Positions 31,656-39,910 of a stretch of DNA of 64,000 nt are shown here, piece after piece. The notes below the pieces were generated by a model, which saw nothing but the letters and a program-made list of their open reading frames with translations, made no database searches and was not told where the DNA came from. Position 1 is the first letter of the stretch. Every line of letters starts with the position of its first letter. A program made the translations under genes and the position numbers. The DNA comes from Candidatus Binatia bacterium (GTDB lineage: Bacteria > Desulfobacterota > Binatia > UBA9968), in contig JBGPGE010000008.1 in NCBI GenBank assembly GCA_041483675.1, positions 1,211 to 65,210 on the forward strand. The letters run 5' to 3'.

Positions 31656-34271
31656 TCAATCGGCGTTTGGCCCCGGGATCGGCCCGGGCGCAGGTCCGCC
31701 TTGCTCCAGCAGACGGGGAAGATATTTTACCACGCCCCTTGGAGCAGCCGCCGCCGCCTTCTTCTCCTCCTCCAGCGCCAGCTCTTTCTTCCCGGTCTGG
31801 CGGTAGATCTGCACCAGGGCGTAATGAATGCTCCAGGACTTATAGCCCTGCGCCTCAAGCGTCTGGATCTGTTTGAGCGCCTCCTGCGGCTGACCCTTCG
31901 CCAGATAAGCCAGGGCCGCCTGGACCGGCGGAGAGGCGCGGTTCGGGCTCATCTCGGCCGCCTCTTTATAGTAGCGGATCGCCGCGTCAAGGCGCTCTTG
32001 GTTTCCCCCCCGCACGCCCCAATGATGATTGAGACGGCCCAGGAGGTACGGGTAACGCCCGTCCAGGGGATCGAGGCGGCGAGCCTCCAGGAACGACATC
32101 TCAGCCAGGCCCATCGCGCCTTCACCCCCCAGTTGCAACAATGTGTCGAACCGGATCGTGCGGGCGAGCGAGAGATCCGGCTTAAAGCCCTCGGGCGGCT
32201 TGATCTCCGGCTTGTCGTTGAAAAGGACAAGCCCGATCTGCCCCAGAAACCGGCCGAGCGCAATCTGGTAGGAGCTTTCATTAGGCTCCAAGAGAGCGGC
32301 CTGCTGAAAAGCAAAAACAGACTCTTTCGGGTCGGTCTGGCCGAGGGTGAAGATCGTGTCGGCCGCCTGCGCCCGGAAGCTCAGGCGGTAGATCAGGAGC
32401 ACCGAAACCCCGAGGACGAGGGTGTACACGCCGAAATCGCGCCACCTCGCCCGACGATCGCCGTGGAGCGGGCCGAGATCGAGAGCCAGCAGGACTATCC
32501 CGGCGATCATCCCGGCCCAGGCGACGAGCAAGGAGACGTAGGTTCCGGTCAGGGAGAATGCGATTCTCAACCCCACGATCACTATCGCCAGGACGGCCAG
32601 CGTCGCGTAGAGCGCGTAACGGACCATCCGGCTTTTCCAGGGCGAGCGGTCCGCCGCCGGCTCCTCGGCTTCGGCGGCGGGCGCGGGTCGAGCCAAAAAA
32701 ACCGCCAGGGCAAGGAACAGCCAGAAGAGAAAACGGGTGGAGGTGACTCCAAGGCCGAACTGAAGCTCGACCAGATGGCCGGCCATCGCCGCCAGCAAGG
32801 CGATGAGGTAGAGCTGTCGGCTCGGGCTTTCCTCTTGCCAAAGCGCCTTAAGCCCAAGACGGGCGAAAGCGGCCAGCAGCAGCAGGAACGCGGCCAAACC
32901 GAGGAGGCCGCTCTCAGCCAGATGGTTCAACAGATCGTTATGAGCGCGGTCCTTGACGCGGGTCCACGGCTCTTCCCGTGCCACAAGCTGTCGATCCAGA
33001 GTCCTCTCGACCACCAACCCCAGGGTTTCCGGCCCATAACCGATCAGAGGCCGGATGGCTGCAAGCGAATCAGCCGGACGGAGCTCCGGGTTGGTCCATA
33101 CAAGACGCCAGACGCTCGGCCAGAGGCGCAGGCGGAAGCTCACGCTCCCCGCCATGGTCGAGAGGCTGCCCAACCGGGCAAAAACGGGATGGCGCTTGAG
33201 CGTTTCCAGCGGCCCCTGGGGAATATTCAGCAAGCCCACAAAGAGAACCGCCAGGACAGCGCCGGCCACGACACCGGTAAGCAGACGGCGCATCCGTTGG
33301 CGCAACGCGACCAAAACCCCGAAAGCCGCGGCCCCGGCGAGCCCGCCCAACCAAGCCCCGCGCGCCTGGGTTGCGAGCAGCGCCCCCATCTGAAGGCACA
33401 GGAGGACGGTATATCCGGCTACCTCGATCAACGGATTAACCTCGGCCTTAAGGCGGAGCGTCCAGATCAACAGGCCCACATAAGCGGTAAGGACCGAAAG
33501 GTTCATCCACCAGAGCTGCGGGTGGGTGAGGCCGTACAGCAGAAAGACGGTCATAGCGATATTTTGCGCCACGAGACTTACAGCCGCGAGTAGGCCTTTA
33601 CCGTTTCCGGAGCGATCGCCCGACCCTTCCTCACGCAAATAGTCCACAGCCGTCGCAAACAGTTTGGCCACCGTCCAGGGCAGCGCCATAATCAAGTAGG
33701 CGCCGAGAAAAAGGTGGTGGCCCAGCGTCGACCGGGCCGCCCACTGAAGGGTGTCCGACGGGCCGGCGTAGACGGCAGGGTCCAGCCCGATTTGCTGCGC
33801 GAGAGCATACAGGCAGACCGGGATGCTGGAGAGGACGACCACGGCGACAAGGCGGTCGAATTGCTCCCGGCGCTTAAGATTTGCGACCAACAGACAGAAA
33901 AAGGCCGCATAGGAGAGCGTCGTATAGGCCCCCTGCAACCGTTCAAACGAGCCGTAAAAGCTCAAGCCCGGCGCCACCGAGGTAAGCGAAGTGAGGACAA
34001 CTACGACGACGTAGCCCGCGACGGGGAGCGCCAGGGGTTTCTTCCAAAACGAAGCGAGGGGATGTTCGATGGAGTCATCGTCCCTCTCCTCCCAGAGCTT
34101 GACCACCCACGCGGCCACCATGAGCGGCACGACGACGCGCAAAAAATGCGCCTTGGCGACGGCATAGCCCTGGCTGCTGGCGCCGCTCACGTAGAGCTGT
34201 ACCAGGGCCGCGGCGACGAGCCAGCCGGCCTCTATAAAGCGGGCGCAAAAGTTGCTGAGCTTACTCATCAT
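31656..34271 (-). CDS. O-antigen ligase/polymerase-like (Wzy_C) polytopic membrane protein with C-terminal TPR region
   Basis: Many TMHs, Wzy_C-type motif RAHNDLLNHLAESGLLGLAAFLLLL, C-terminal TPR-like repeats. Start at the ATGATG at 34271/34268 behind a GGAGGAGAGG RBS. Confidence 0.8.
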   Translation of the reverse strand: MMSKLSNFCARFIEAGWLVAAALVQLYVSGASSQGYAVAKAHFLRVVVPLMVAAWVVKLWEERDDDSIEHPLASFWKKPLALPVAGYVVVVVLTSLTSVAPGLSFYGSFERLQGAYTTLSYAAFFCLLVANLKRREQFDRLVAVVVLSSIPVCLYALAQQIGLDPAVYAGPSDTLQWAARSTLGHHLFLGAYLIMALPWTVAKLFATAVDYLREEGSGDRSGNGKGLLAAVSLVAQNIAMTVFLLYGLTHPQLWWMNLSVLTAYVGLLIWTLRLKAEVNPLIEVAGYTVLLCLQMGALLATQARGAWLGGLAGAAAFGVLVALRQRMRRLLTGVVAGAVLAVLFVGLLNIPQGPLETLKRHPVFARLGSLSTMAGSVSFRLRLWPSVWRLVWTNPELRPADSLAAIRPLIGYGPETLGLVVERTLDRQLVAREEPWTRVKDRAHNDLLNHLAESGLLGLAAFLLLLAAFARLGLKALWQEESPSRQLYLIALLAAMAGHLVELQFGLGVTSTRFLFWLFLALAVFLARPAPAAEAEEPAADRSPWKSRMVRYALYATLAVLAIVIVGLRIAFSLTGTYVSLLVAWAGMIAGIVLLALDLGPLHGDRRARWRDFGVYTLVLGVSVLLIYRLSFRAQAADTIFTLGQTDPKESVFAFQQAALLEPNESSYQIALGRFLGQIGLVLFNDKPEIKPPEGFKPDLSLARTIRFDTLLQLGGEGAMGLAEMSFLEARRLDPLDGRYPYLLGRLNHHWGVRGGNQERLDAAIRYYKEAAEMSPNRASPPVQAALAYLAKGQPQEALKQIQTLEAQGYKSWSIHYALVQIYRQTGKKELALEEEKKAAAAAPRGVVKYLPRLLEQGGPAPGPIPGPNAD

Positions 34272-34373
34272 CCTCTCCTCCGCCCGGCCCGGCGAAACGG
34301 CGACCGGCAAAACGGGGAACTAAAGGCTTAACGATCGGCAAAGGTATCGGGGGGAACTTCTTAGTTGGAGGTT

Positions 34374-34415
34374 AAAAAAAATTGGGGGCGGTGGTTCTCA
34401 CCGCCCCCAATTTTT
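34374..34415 (-). terminator. rho-independent (bidirectional) terminator after paralogue A2
   Basis: 13-bp stem attgggggcggtg/caccgcccccaat with a 5-nt loop, flanked by A7 and T5 runs. Confidence 0.8.
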
Positions 34416-34435
34416 CCGCTAACGGCATCGTTCAA

Positions 34436-35080
34436 TTACGGGCAACCATGATTGACGCTATCACTTATAATTTTGGACGCCTCGCCGCCCGCCCTCGCGA
34501 TTTCGATCGGGACTTCCTGCATCTCCGTCTCGCGCATGTGGACGAAGTTCCGAGTCCCATTGCTTTCTAGGGTCTCCGCTTGAAAATGGGTGAGCCAGCC
34601 CTTGAGGCCCGCCAGCACGCTGGTGGGAGTCTGCGCGTTCACGCTCACAACCTTGATGGTATCTATGCTGTCGGTAAAACCCTCGCCCATGTCGTCGCGC
34701 AAGTAAACCTGGGCGTAGTTATTTCTGCCCAGGGTTTTCGTCTTACAGGCCAAGAAATTGCCGGCGTTGTAAACCGCGATATAGGCTTTCAACGAGGTAT
34801 TCGTGGGGTTGACCAAGCGAATCGCGATATCCGCGCTGTCGCTGCCAGGGAGGGAGTTGCCTATGCATGCCGTCCCCCAGCAGGAGTGGTTCTGGGCGTG
34901 CACGCCGCCGACAAGATAGGCCGCCAGCGATCCGCCGCTCGATTTAAAGTTCAAAATGTTAGGAAAAGTCGGAACGATAACAACGGTAAGCCCCATCGCC
35001 AGCACGCTCACGGCGGCAACCGCCGCAAGCGCCAGTCTTCGATTCCCCGTTATGATGGATTTTAGATCTAAAAGTTTCAT
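34436..35080 (-). CDS. exported 4-Cys protein of unknown family, paralogue A2
   Basis: Anchor plus GGSLAAYLVG, CWGTAC, IRLVNPTNTSL, LAGLKGWLTHFQ, EMQEVPIE, C-terminal Cys. GGAAGGAGAG RBS. Confidence 0.75.
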   Translation of the reverse strand: MKLLDLKSIITGNRRLALAAVAAVSVLAMGLTVVIVPTFPNILNFKSSGGSLAAYLVGGVHAQNHSCWGTACIGNSLPGSDSADIAIRLVNPTNTSLKAYIAVYNAGNFLACKTKTLGRNNYAQVYLRDDMGEGFTDSIDTIKVVSVNAQTPTSVLAGLKGWLTHFQAETLESNGTRNFVHMRETEMQEVPIEIARAGGEASKIISDSVNHGCP

Positions 35081-35129
35081 GCTCGCTCTCCTTCCGTGTC
35101 GACCGGAAATTTTTGTTCCAAAACGATCA

Positions 35130-35786
35130 TCAGGGCATCAAATTAGCCAGACACTGGGGCCGGGCTATATTAAAAAGCTCGGCATCCGAAGCCGCCTTGA
35201 GCGCCTCTACGGGAACCTGCTGCAGTTGGCTCTGACGGGAAAAAATGAAGCTCTGGCCGCCGCCATCCTGCCTCACATAGTGGGTGATCACCCCCTTGGC
35301 GCCCGCCTGCACTTTGCTCGGAACGGCAGGATCCTCGTCCAGGAAAGTCACGACTTTTATCACGCCGACCGCGCGGTCCGTCCCATCCGCCCCAAAACCG
35401 ATAATATCGTCATGAACAAATACCACATCCGTGTCGTTGTTGCCGAGGAATGTATTCGTACAATCTATGAAGTCCCCGTTCGCCTTGAATACCGAGATTA
35501 CTGCGATCAGATCCGTGTTCGTTGGATTGGTCAGCTCAATGCCCACGTCGGTCCGGTTGGCTACAAGATCGTCGGCGCAAGCGTCGCCGTAGCAGTCGTT
35601 TCCATGAGTACTATTATTGATCGTCCTGAGATCGAAATAGCCCACCAGATAGGGGCTTAAAGAGCCGCCGCTGCTCGGGAAGACAAAAATCTTCGTGTAG
35701 GTAAAGCCGAGGGCGAGCGCGCTCGCCACAGCCACACCTAAAAGAAGCAGCCCTGTTTTTCGCTTGGCAAAATCTAGAAACGCCAT
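35130..35786 (-). CDS. exported 4-Cys protein of unknown family, paralogue B2
   Basis: Start at ATG 35786 (GAGGAGG RBS). Motifs GGSLSPYLVG, CYGDAC, IELTNPTNTDL, VQAGAKGVITHYV, QLQQVPVE, C-terminal Cys. Confidence 0.75.
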   Translation of the reverse strand: MAFLDFAKRKTGLLLLGVAVASALALGFTYTKIFVFPSSGGSLSPYLVGYFDLRTINNSTHGNDCYGDACADDLVANRTDVGIELTNPTNTDLIAVISVFKANGDFIDCTNTFLGNNDTDVVFVHDDIIGFGADGTDRAVGVIKVVTFLDEDPAVPSKVQAGAKGVITHYVRQDGGGQSFIFSRQSQLQQVPVEALKAASDAELFNIARPQCLANLMP

Positions 35787-35903
35787 AATATGGTTCCTCC
35801 TCGCGACTGAAAATCGCCTCTGCGAACCCATTAAAATAACCTTTGAGTAACATAGGGGCATGATCCCTGTCAAGCACAAAATTATAAAAAAACGGCCCCC
35901 CCC

Positions 35904-36236
35904 TTACCCTTTCCCCCCCAACTGCCGCTTCCATCCCAGAGTCCGGGCCTTGGCCCCGATATGTTCCGCCTCGGCGATCATTCCCTTGCGCTGGTAGAAG
36001 ATCGACAGGCTGGTGTAGGCCAGCTCGTCTTCGGGGCTGACCTCGATCAGCCTTTTGCCCAGCTCGATCGCCTCGTCCAGCCGATCCTGGCGGGCCAGGA
36101 CCATCGCGAGGGCCTGAAGGGCGTCGGCGTAGCCGGGATCTTCCGCCAGCGCCGCGCGGTAGGCGGCGACGGCCTCGTCGAGCTTTTCGTCGGCGAACAG
36201 CTCCATCCCCCGGTTGTAGTGGTCTTCTTTCGGCAT
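35904..36236 (-). CDS. small TPR repeat protein (110 aa)
   Basis: TPR-like repeats (GMELFADEKLDEAVAAYRAALAEDPGYADALQALAMVLARQDRLDEAIELGKRLIEVSP). Start at ATG 36236. Confidence 0.7.
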   Translation of the reverse strand: MPKEDHYNRGMELFADEKLDEAVAAYRAALAEDPGYADALQALAMVLARQDRLDEAIELGKRLIEVSPEDELAYTSLSIFYQRKGMIAEAEHIGAKARTLGWKRQLGGKG

Positions 36237-36298
36237 GAGCGATTCCCCGCAGAGAAAGCGGCCGGCCGGTCGAAGAGAGCGGGTGGCGGCTTTCCGAG

Positions 36299-37405
36299 TC
36301 AAGAGTCGGTTCGCGCCGGCGCTTCCTCGCCGCGGCACTGCTGCAGGATGATCTTTCTGAGCCGGTCGGGGTCGATCGGCTTCTTAAAGATCACGCACTG
36401 AAGGCCCTCCAGGCAGCTCCGCTTGATAATGTGGTCCTTGTCATAGTGAAAAGCGGTCATGAGGATCACCGGCAGCCCGGGGCGCGTCTCCTTGACCGCA
36501 TGGTAGAGCGCGTAGCCGTCCATATCCGGCATGACGACGTCGCTCAAGATCAGGTCGAACTCCGACTTCTCCAGAACCTCCATCGCCTTGTTCCCCGACG
36601 GCGCCGTCGCCACGCGGCAACGCTCCTTTTGCAGCAGCTCCTGAAGCGACCGGCAGATCCCCAGGTCGTCGTCCACGACCAGCACCCGCAACCCGGCCAA
36701 CCCGCCTTTGCCGTCGGGCGCGGCGGCTAGTGCCTGCGACGCCCCTTTCGCGCCGAGATCGGTCATCATGCGGCCGCCGTGATATTCCTTGGTCCCGTAC
36801 TCTCCGCCTTCGGCCATCTCGCCGATGCGACGCGTGATCTCCTGGATTTTTTTTACCTGCTCCCCGACCGACTCCAACCGCTCCGATTCCACGAGAAAAT
36901 CTTCGTCGCCGGCGACGCGGCTTACGTAGCGCTGGAGCAGATCGATCTGGTTCACCAGCACTTCCAGCGAATTGTTGATCTCGTGCGACAGGCCGACGGC
37001 GATCTCGCCCAGCGTCACCAGCCGGTCGCGCCGCCGGATCTCCCGGATGTCTTTCGCGAATCCGATCGATCCGCTCTCGTTGCCCCGCTCGTCGTAGGTG
37101 ATCGACGCGGAGATCGCGACCGGAATCGGCTCGCCCCGCCTGGTCTTGAACGTGGTCTCGAAGTTTCTAACCTTCCCCTTCTCCCCTTCGGCCCCGCGCC
37201 GCATGGCCGCCATGACTCTGCGCGCCTCTTCTCGCGTGGGATAGATCTCCAAAACGCTTTTGCCCAACACCTCTTCCGACGTAAATCCCAGGTTCTGCCG
37301 GGCGCCGTCGTTGTAAAAGGTGATGACGCCCGCTTTGTTGACCGCGATGATGATATCGGGGCAGCTTTCGACGAGCTTGAGGAAGTACTCCGGGGATAGT
37401 GACAT
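36299..37405 (-). CDS. PAS-DHp(HisKA)-REC protein lacking an HATPase_c catalytic domain
   Basis: PAS (IIAVNKAGVITFYNDGARQNLGFTSEEVLGKSVLEIY), H-box GLSHEINNSL, then directly a receiver (RVLVVDDD...LILSDVVMPDMDG...KKP). No N/G1/F/G2 boxes are visible between the DHp and REC domains. Confidence 0.8.
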   Translation of the reverse strand: MSLSPEYFLKLVESCPDIIIAVNKAGVITFYNDGARQNLGFTSEEVLGKSVLEIYPTREEARRVMAAMRRGAEGEKGKVRNFETTFKTRRGEPIPVAISASITYDERGNESGSIGFAKDIREIRRRDRLVTLGEIAVGLSHEINNSLEVLVNQIDLLQRYVSRVAGDEDFLVESERLESVGEQVKKIQEITRRIGEMAEGGEYGTKEYHGGRMMTDLGAKGASQALAAAPDGKGGLAGLRVLVVDDDLGICRSLQELLQKERCRVATAPSGNKAMEVLEKSEFDLILSDVVMPDMDGYALYHAVKETRPGLPVILMTAFHYDKDHIIKRSCLEGLQCVIFKKPIDPDRLRKIILQQCRGEEAPARTDS

Positions 37406-37513
37406 AACGCAGCCGACTTAATTAACAATCATAAGTCGTTCCCCGCGCCGATTGCAAGCCCTCGCGGTTGATCCCGGAGGGGACCGCCCGCGACAACTGA
37501 CCTTTTCCTCCGC

Positions 37514-38554
37514 CTACTGCCTTCTGCCTACTGCCTCTCTGTAGACTCTCTCATACCCGTCCAACATCCGCTCCACCGAAAATTTTTCCTCTACCCACGC
37601 GCGGCAGCGCCGGCGATCGAGCTTGTCGATCGTGCGCAAGGCGTCGATCATCTCGTCTTCAGTTCGCGTGAGATAACCCGTCTCGCCGTCTTCGATCAGC
37701 TCGGGCATCGAGCCTCGCGCATAAGCCAGCACCGGCGCGCCGGCAGCCATCGACTCGACGACCGCCATCCCGAACGGCTCGTCCCACTGAAGCGGGAAGA
37801 GAAAACCTCTGGCGCGGCTCATGACCGCCAGCAGGTCACGGCGCGGCAGCCGCTCGATGTGTTTGATCCTGACGCCGTCGATGTGCGGCTTCACTTCCTT
37901 TTCAAAATAGGCCTCGCTCCATGGAAGATGCGAGGTGACGTGGCCGACGATCAGGAGAGGGACATCGGCTTTTTCAGCGATTGAAATCGCCTCCGCGATC
38001 CCCTTGCCCGGCGTCATCCGCCCGACGATCAGGAAAAACTCCTCCGGCTTTCCGCCGAACGGAATTCGATCGAGATCGACGCCGTTGTAAACCACCGGCA
38101 ACGACTCGTCGCCCAAACTTTTCGCCTGCGCCCGGCTGACGCAGACCGGCCGGCAGTTGCGGAACGTCGCGCGGTAGTAGTCGTGCAATTCCTTTTCGAT
38201 GTAGGCGTAGGTGACGAGGGTCGGCGTTTCGGTGAAGTTCGAGAAGTAGGGCGCGAGGGTCGGCCAGTGGGCATGGATCAGATCGAAGCGGTCCGCCTGG
38301 CGGTAGAGATTGAACGTGTTCCGTGTCTCGAATTCTTTTTCGAGGTAGACTGTGCTCTCAGGATCGTCCAGGCTCGCGACCGGCAGGACCGATTGCACCG
38401 GACAGTCCACTTGGGAATCGCCGGAGGCGAACAGCTCGACCCGATGGCCGCGCCGCGTCAACCCTTGGCAGAGATCGTGGACGATCCATTCCGTCCCGCC
38501 GTGGCTTTTCGGCGGGATCGACAGGTAGACGCTCGATATCTGCGCGATTTTCAT
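37514..38554 (-). CDS. glycosyltransferase family 4 (GT-B fold)
   Basis: MKIAQISSVYLSIPPKSHGGTEWIV N-terminus, and EPFGMAVVESMAAGAPVLA...E motif. Start at ATG 38554. Confidence 0.85.
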   Translation of the reverse strand: MKIAQISSVYLSIPPKSHGGTEWIVHDLCQGLTRRGHRVELFASGDSQVDCPVQSVLPVASLDDPESTVYLEKEFETRNTFNLYRQADRFDLIHAHWPTLAPYFSNFTETPTLVTYAYIEKELHDYYRATFRNCRPVCVSRAQAKSLGDESLPVVYNGVDLDRIPFGGKPEEFFLIVGRMTPGKGIAEAISIAEKADVPLLIVGHVTSHLPWSEAYFEKEVKPHIDGVRIKHIERLPRRDLLAVMSRARGFLFPLQWDEPFGMAVVESMAAGAPVLAYARGSMPELIEDGETGYLTRTEDEMIDALRTIDKLDRRRCRAWVEEKFSVERMLDGYERVYREAVGRRQ

Positions 38555-38658
38555 CGCAGCTAGAAATATTACAGGCGCGGCGAGGCCGCAAGGCACCCTT
38601 TCATAAGGCCGTCGAATCGCGTAGAATTGTGTTCACTCCTCGTTAGTTTCTCCGATTT

Positions 38659-39816
38659 ATGAATTTCTGGCTGAACATACCAAAGCCCATCATCGGCCTG
38701 TCGCCGATGGACGGCGTCACCGACGCCTCCTTTCGTTTTATCGCGGCGAAACACGGCGGCCCCGACGTTACGCTGACCGAGTTCGTCAATGTGGAAACCG
38801 CTGTCTTCGCGCCCCACACGTTGCTCAAAGACCTCACTTATTCCGAGATCGAGCGCCCGGTCGTAGCGCAGATCTACGGCCACACGCCGGAGCTGTTCTA
38901 CACGGTCGCGCACATCGTCTGCGAGTTGGGCTTCGACGGTCTCGATATCAACATGGGCTGCCCCGCGAAAAAAGTTGCGGCCAGCGGGAGCGGCGCGGCA
39001 CTGATCCTCAACCCGGAGTTGGCCCGCGAGATTATCCGCAGCGCAGCTCAAGGCATCCGGCACTGGCTCGAAGGACAAACTTTGTCGGACCTGAAGATCG
39101 ACCCGGAGTTCATTCGACAAATCGGAGCGGTGAATCGGTTGAGGAGCGGACCGGATACGCCTGCCTCGCGCCGTCTCATCCCCGTATCGGTGAAGACCCG
39201 GCTCGGTTACGACCGCGTCGTCATCGACGAGTGGATTCAAACCCTGTTGGAAGAAAATCCGGCGGCCATCTCGCTCCACGGCCGCACGCTGAGCCAGGGC
39301 TACAAGGGAAGCTCCGATTGGGCCGCGATCGCCCGCGCCGTCGAGATCGCGAAAAATTCGCCGACGTTGATCCTCGGCAATGGCGATCTCAAAGACATGG
39401 ACGACGTCCGCCGCCGCGTGCGCGAGACCGGCGTCGACGGCGTGCTCCTCGGCCGCGCCGCCCAGGGGAATCCCTGGATTTTTCGGGCCAAGGAGCAGGT
39501 CAAGGAGGCGCTGCGCTTGAACGCCGGCGCGTTCATTCCTCACGCTCCCATCAGCCTGGAGGAGCGCTTTGCGGTGATGCTGGAGCATGGCAATCGTTTC
39601 GCGAGATATGGGAACGCTTCATCGTTTGTCGGCATGCGAAAACACCTGGCCTGGTATTGCAAATCTTCTCCCGGGGCGGCGGCGCTCCGAGCGCAAATGG
39701 TCCAGGTCAACAACGTCGGCGAAGTCGTCGAGCGTTTGCGAAGCTACACAGCCAGGCTCGTGCAGTTGGTTGACAAAGACTCATCTGCTGACAGCTTGGC
39801 GCAGGCAAGCCTATAA
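38659..39816 (+). CDS. tRNA-dihydrouridine synthase (Dus family)
   Basis: LSPMDGVTDASFR, QIYGHTPE, DINMGCP catalytic Cys motif. Confidence 0.88.
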   Translation: MNFWLNIPKPIIGLSPMDGVTDASFRFIAAKHGGPDVTLTEFVNVETAVFAPHTLLKDLTYSEIERPVVAQIYGHTPELFYTVAHIVCELGFDGLDINMGCPAKKVAASGSGAALILNPELAREIIRSAAQGIRHWLEGQTLSDLKIDPEFIRQIGAVNRLRSGPDTPASRRLIPVSVKTRLGYDRVVIDEWIQTLLEENPAAISLHGRTLSQGYKGSSDWAAIARAVEIAKNSPTLILGNGDLKDMDDVRRRVRETGVDGVLLGRAAQGNPWIFRAKEQVKEALRLNAGAFIPHAPISLEERFAVMLEHGNRFARYGNASSFVGMRKHLAWYCKSSPGAAALRAQMVQVNNVGEVVERLRSYTARLVQLVDKDSSADSLAQASL

Positions 39817-39824
39817 GACCAGTC

Positions 39825-39910
39825 GTCATGCCCGCGTAAGCGGGCATCCAGCGCAGTCGCGGGAAGGGTGAAAGACGGAAAGACTGGATTCCCGCGTGCG
39901 CGGGAATGAC
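39825..39910. repeat. inverted pair of the 27-nt GTCATnCCCGCG-N4-CGCGGGnATCCAG hairpin unit
   Basis: gtcatgcccgcgtaagcgggcatccag (39825-39851) and ctggattcccgcgtgcgcgggaatgac (39884-39910) are reverse complements of one another apart from a few mismatches. Confidence 0.75.

Noticed and set aside
31653-33593. 646-aa ORF on the plus strand
   Set aside because: It is antisense to the Wzy_C/TPR membrane protein. Its composition is Arg/Pro/Gly/Gln-rich with no domain features, so it is a shadow ORF.
38569-39588. 339-aa ORF on the minus strand
   Set aside because: It is antisense to the Dus-family gene, which carries the catalytic DINMGCP motif, so it is a shadow ORF.
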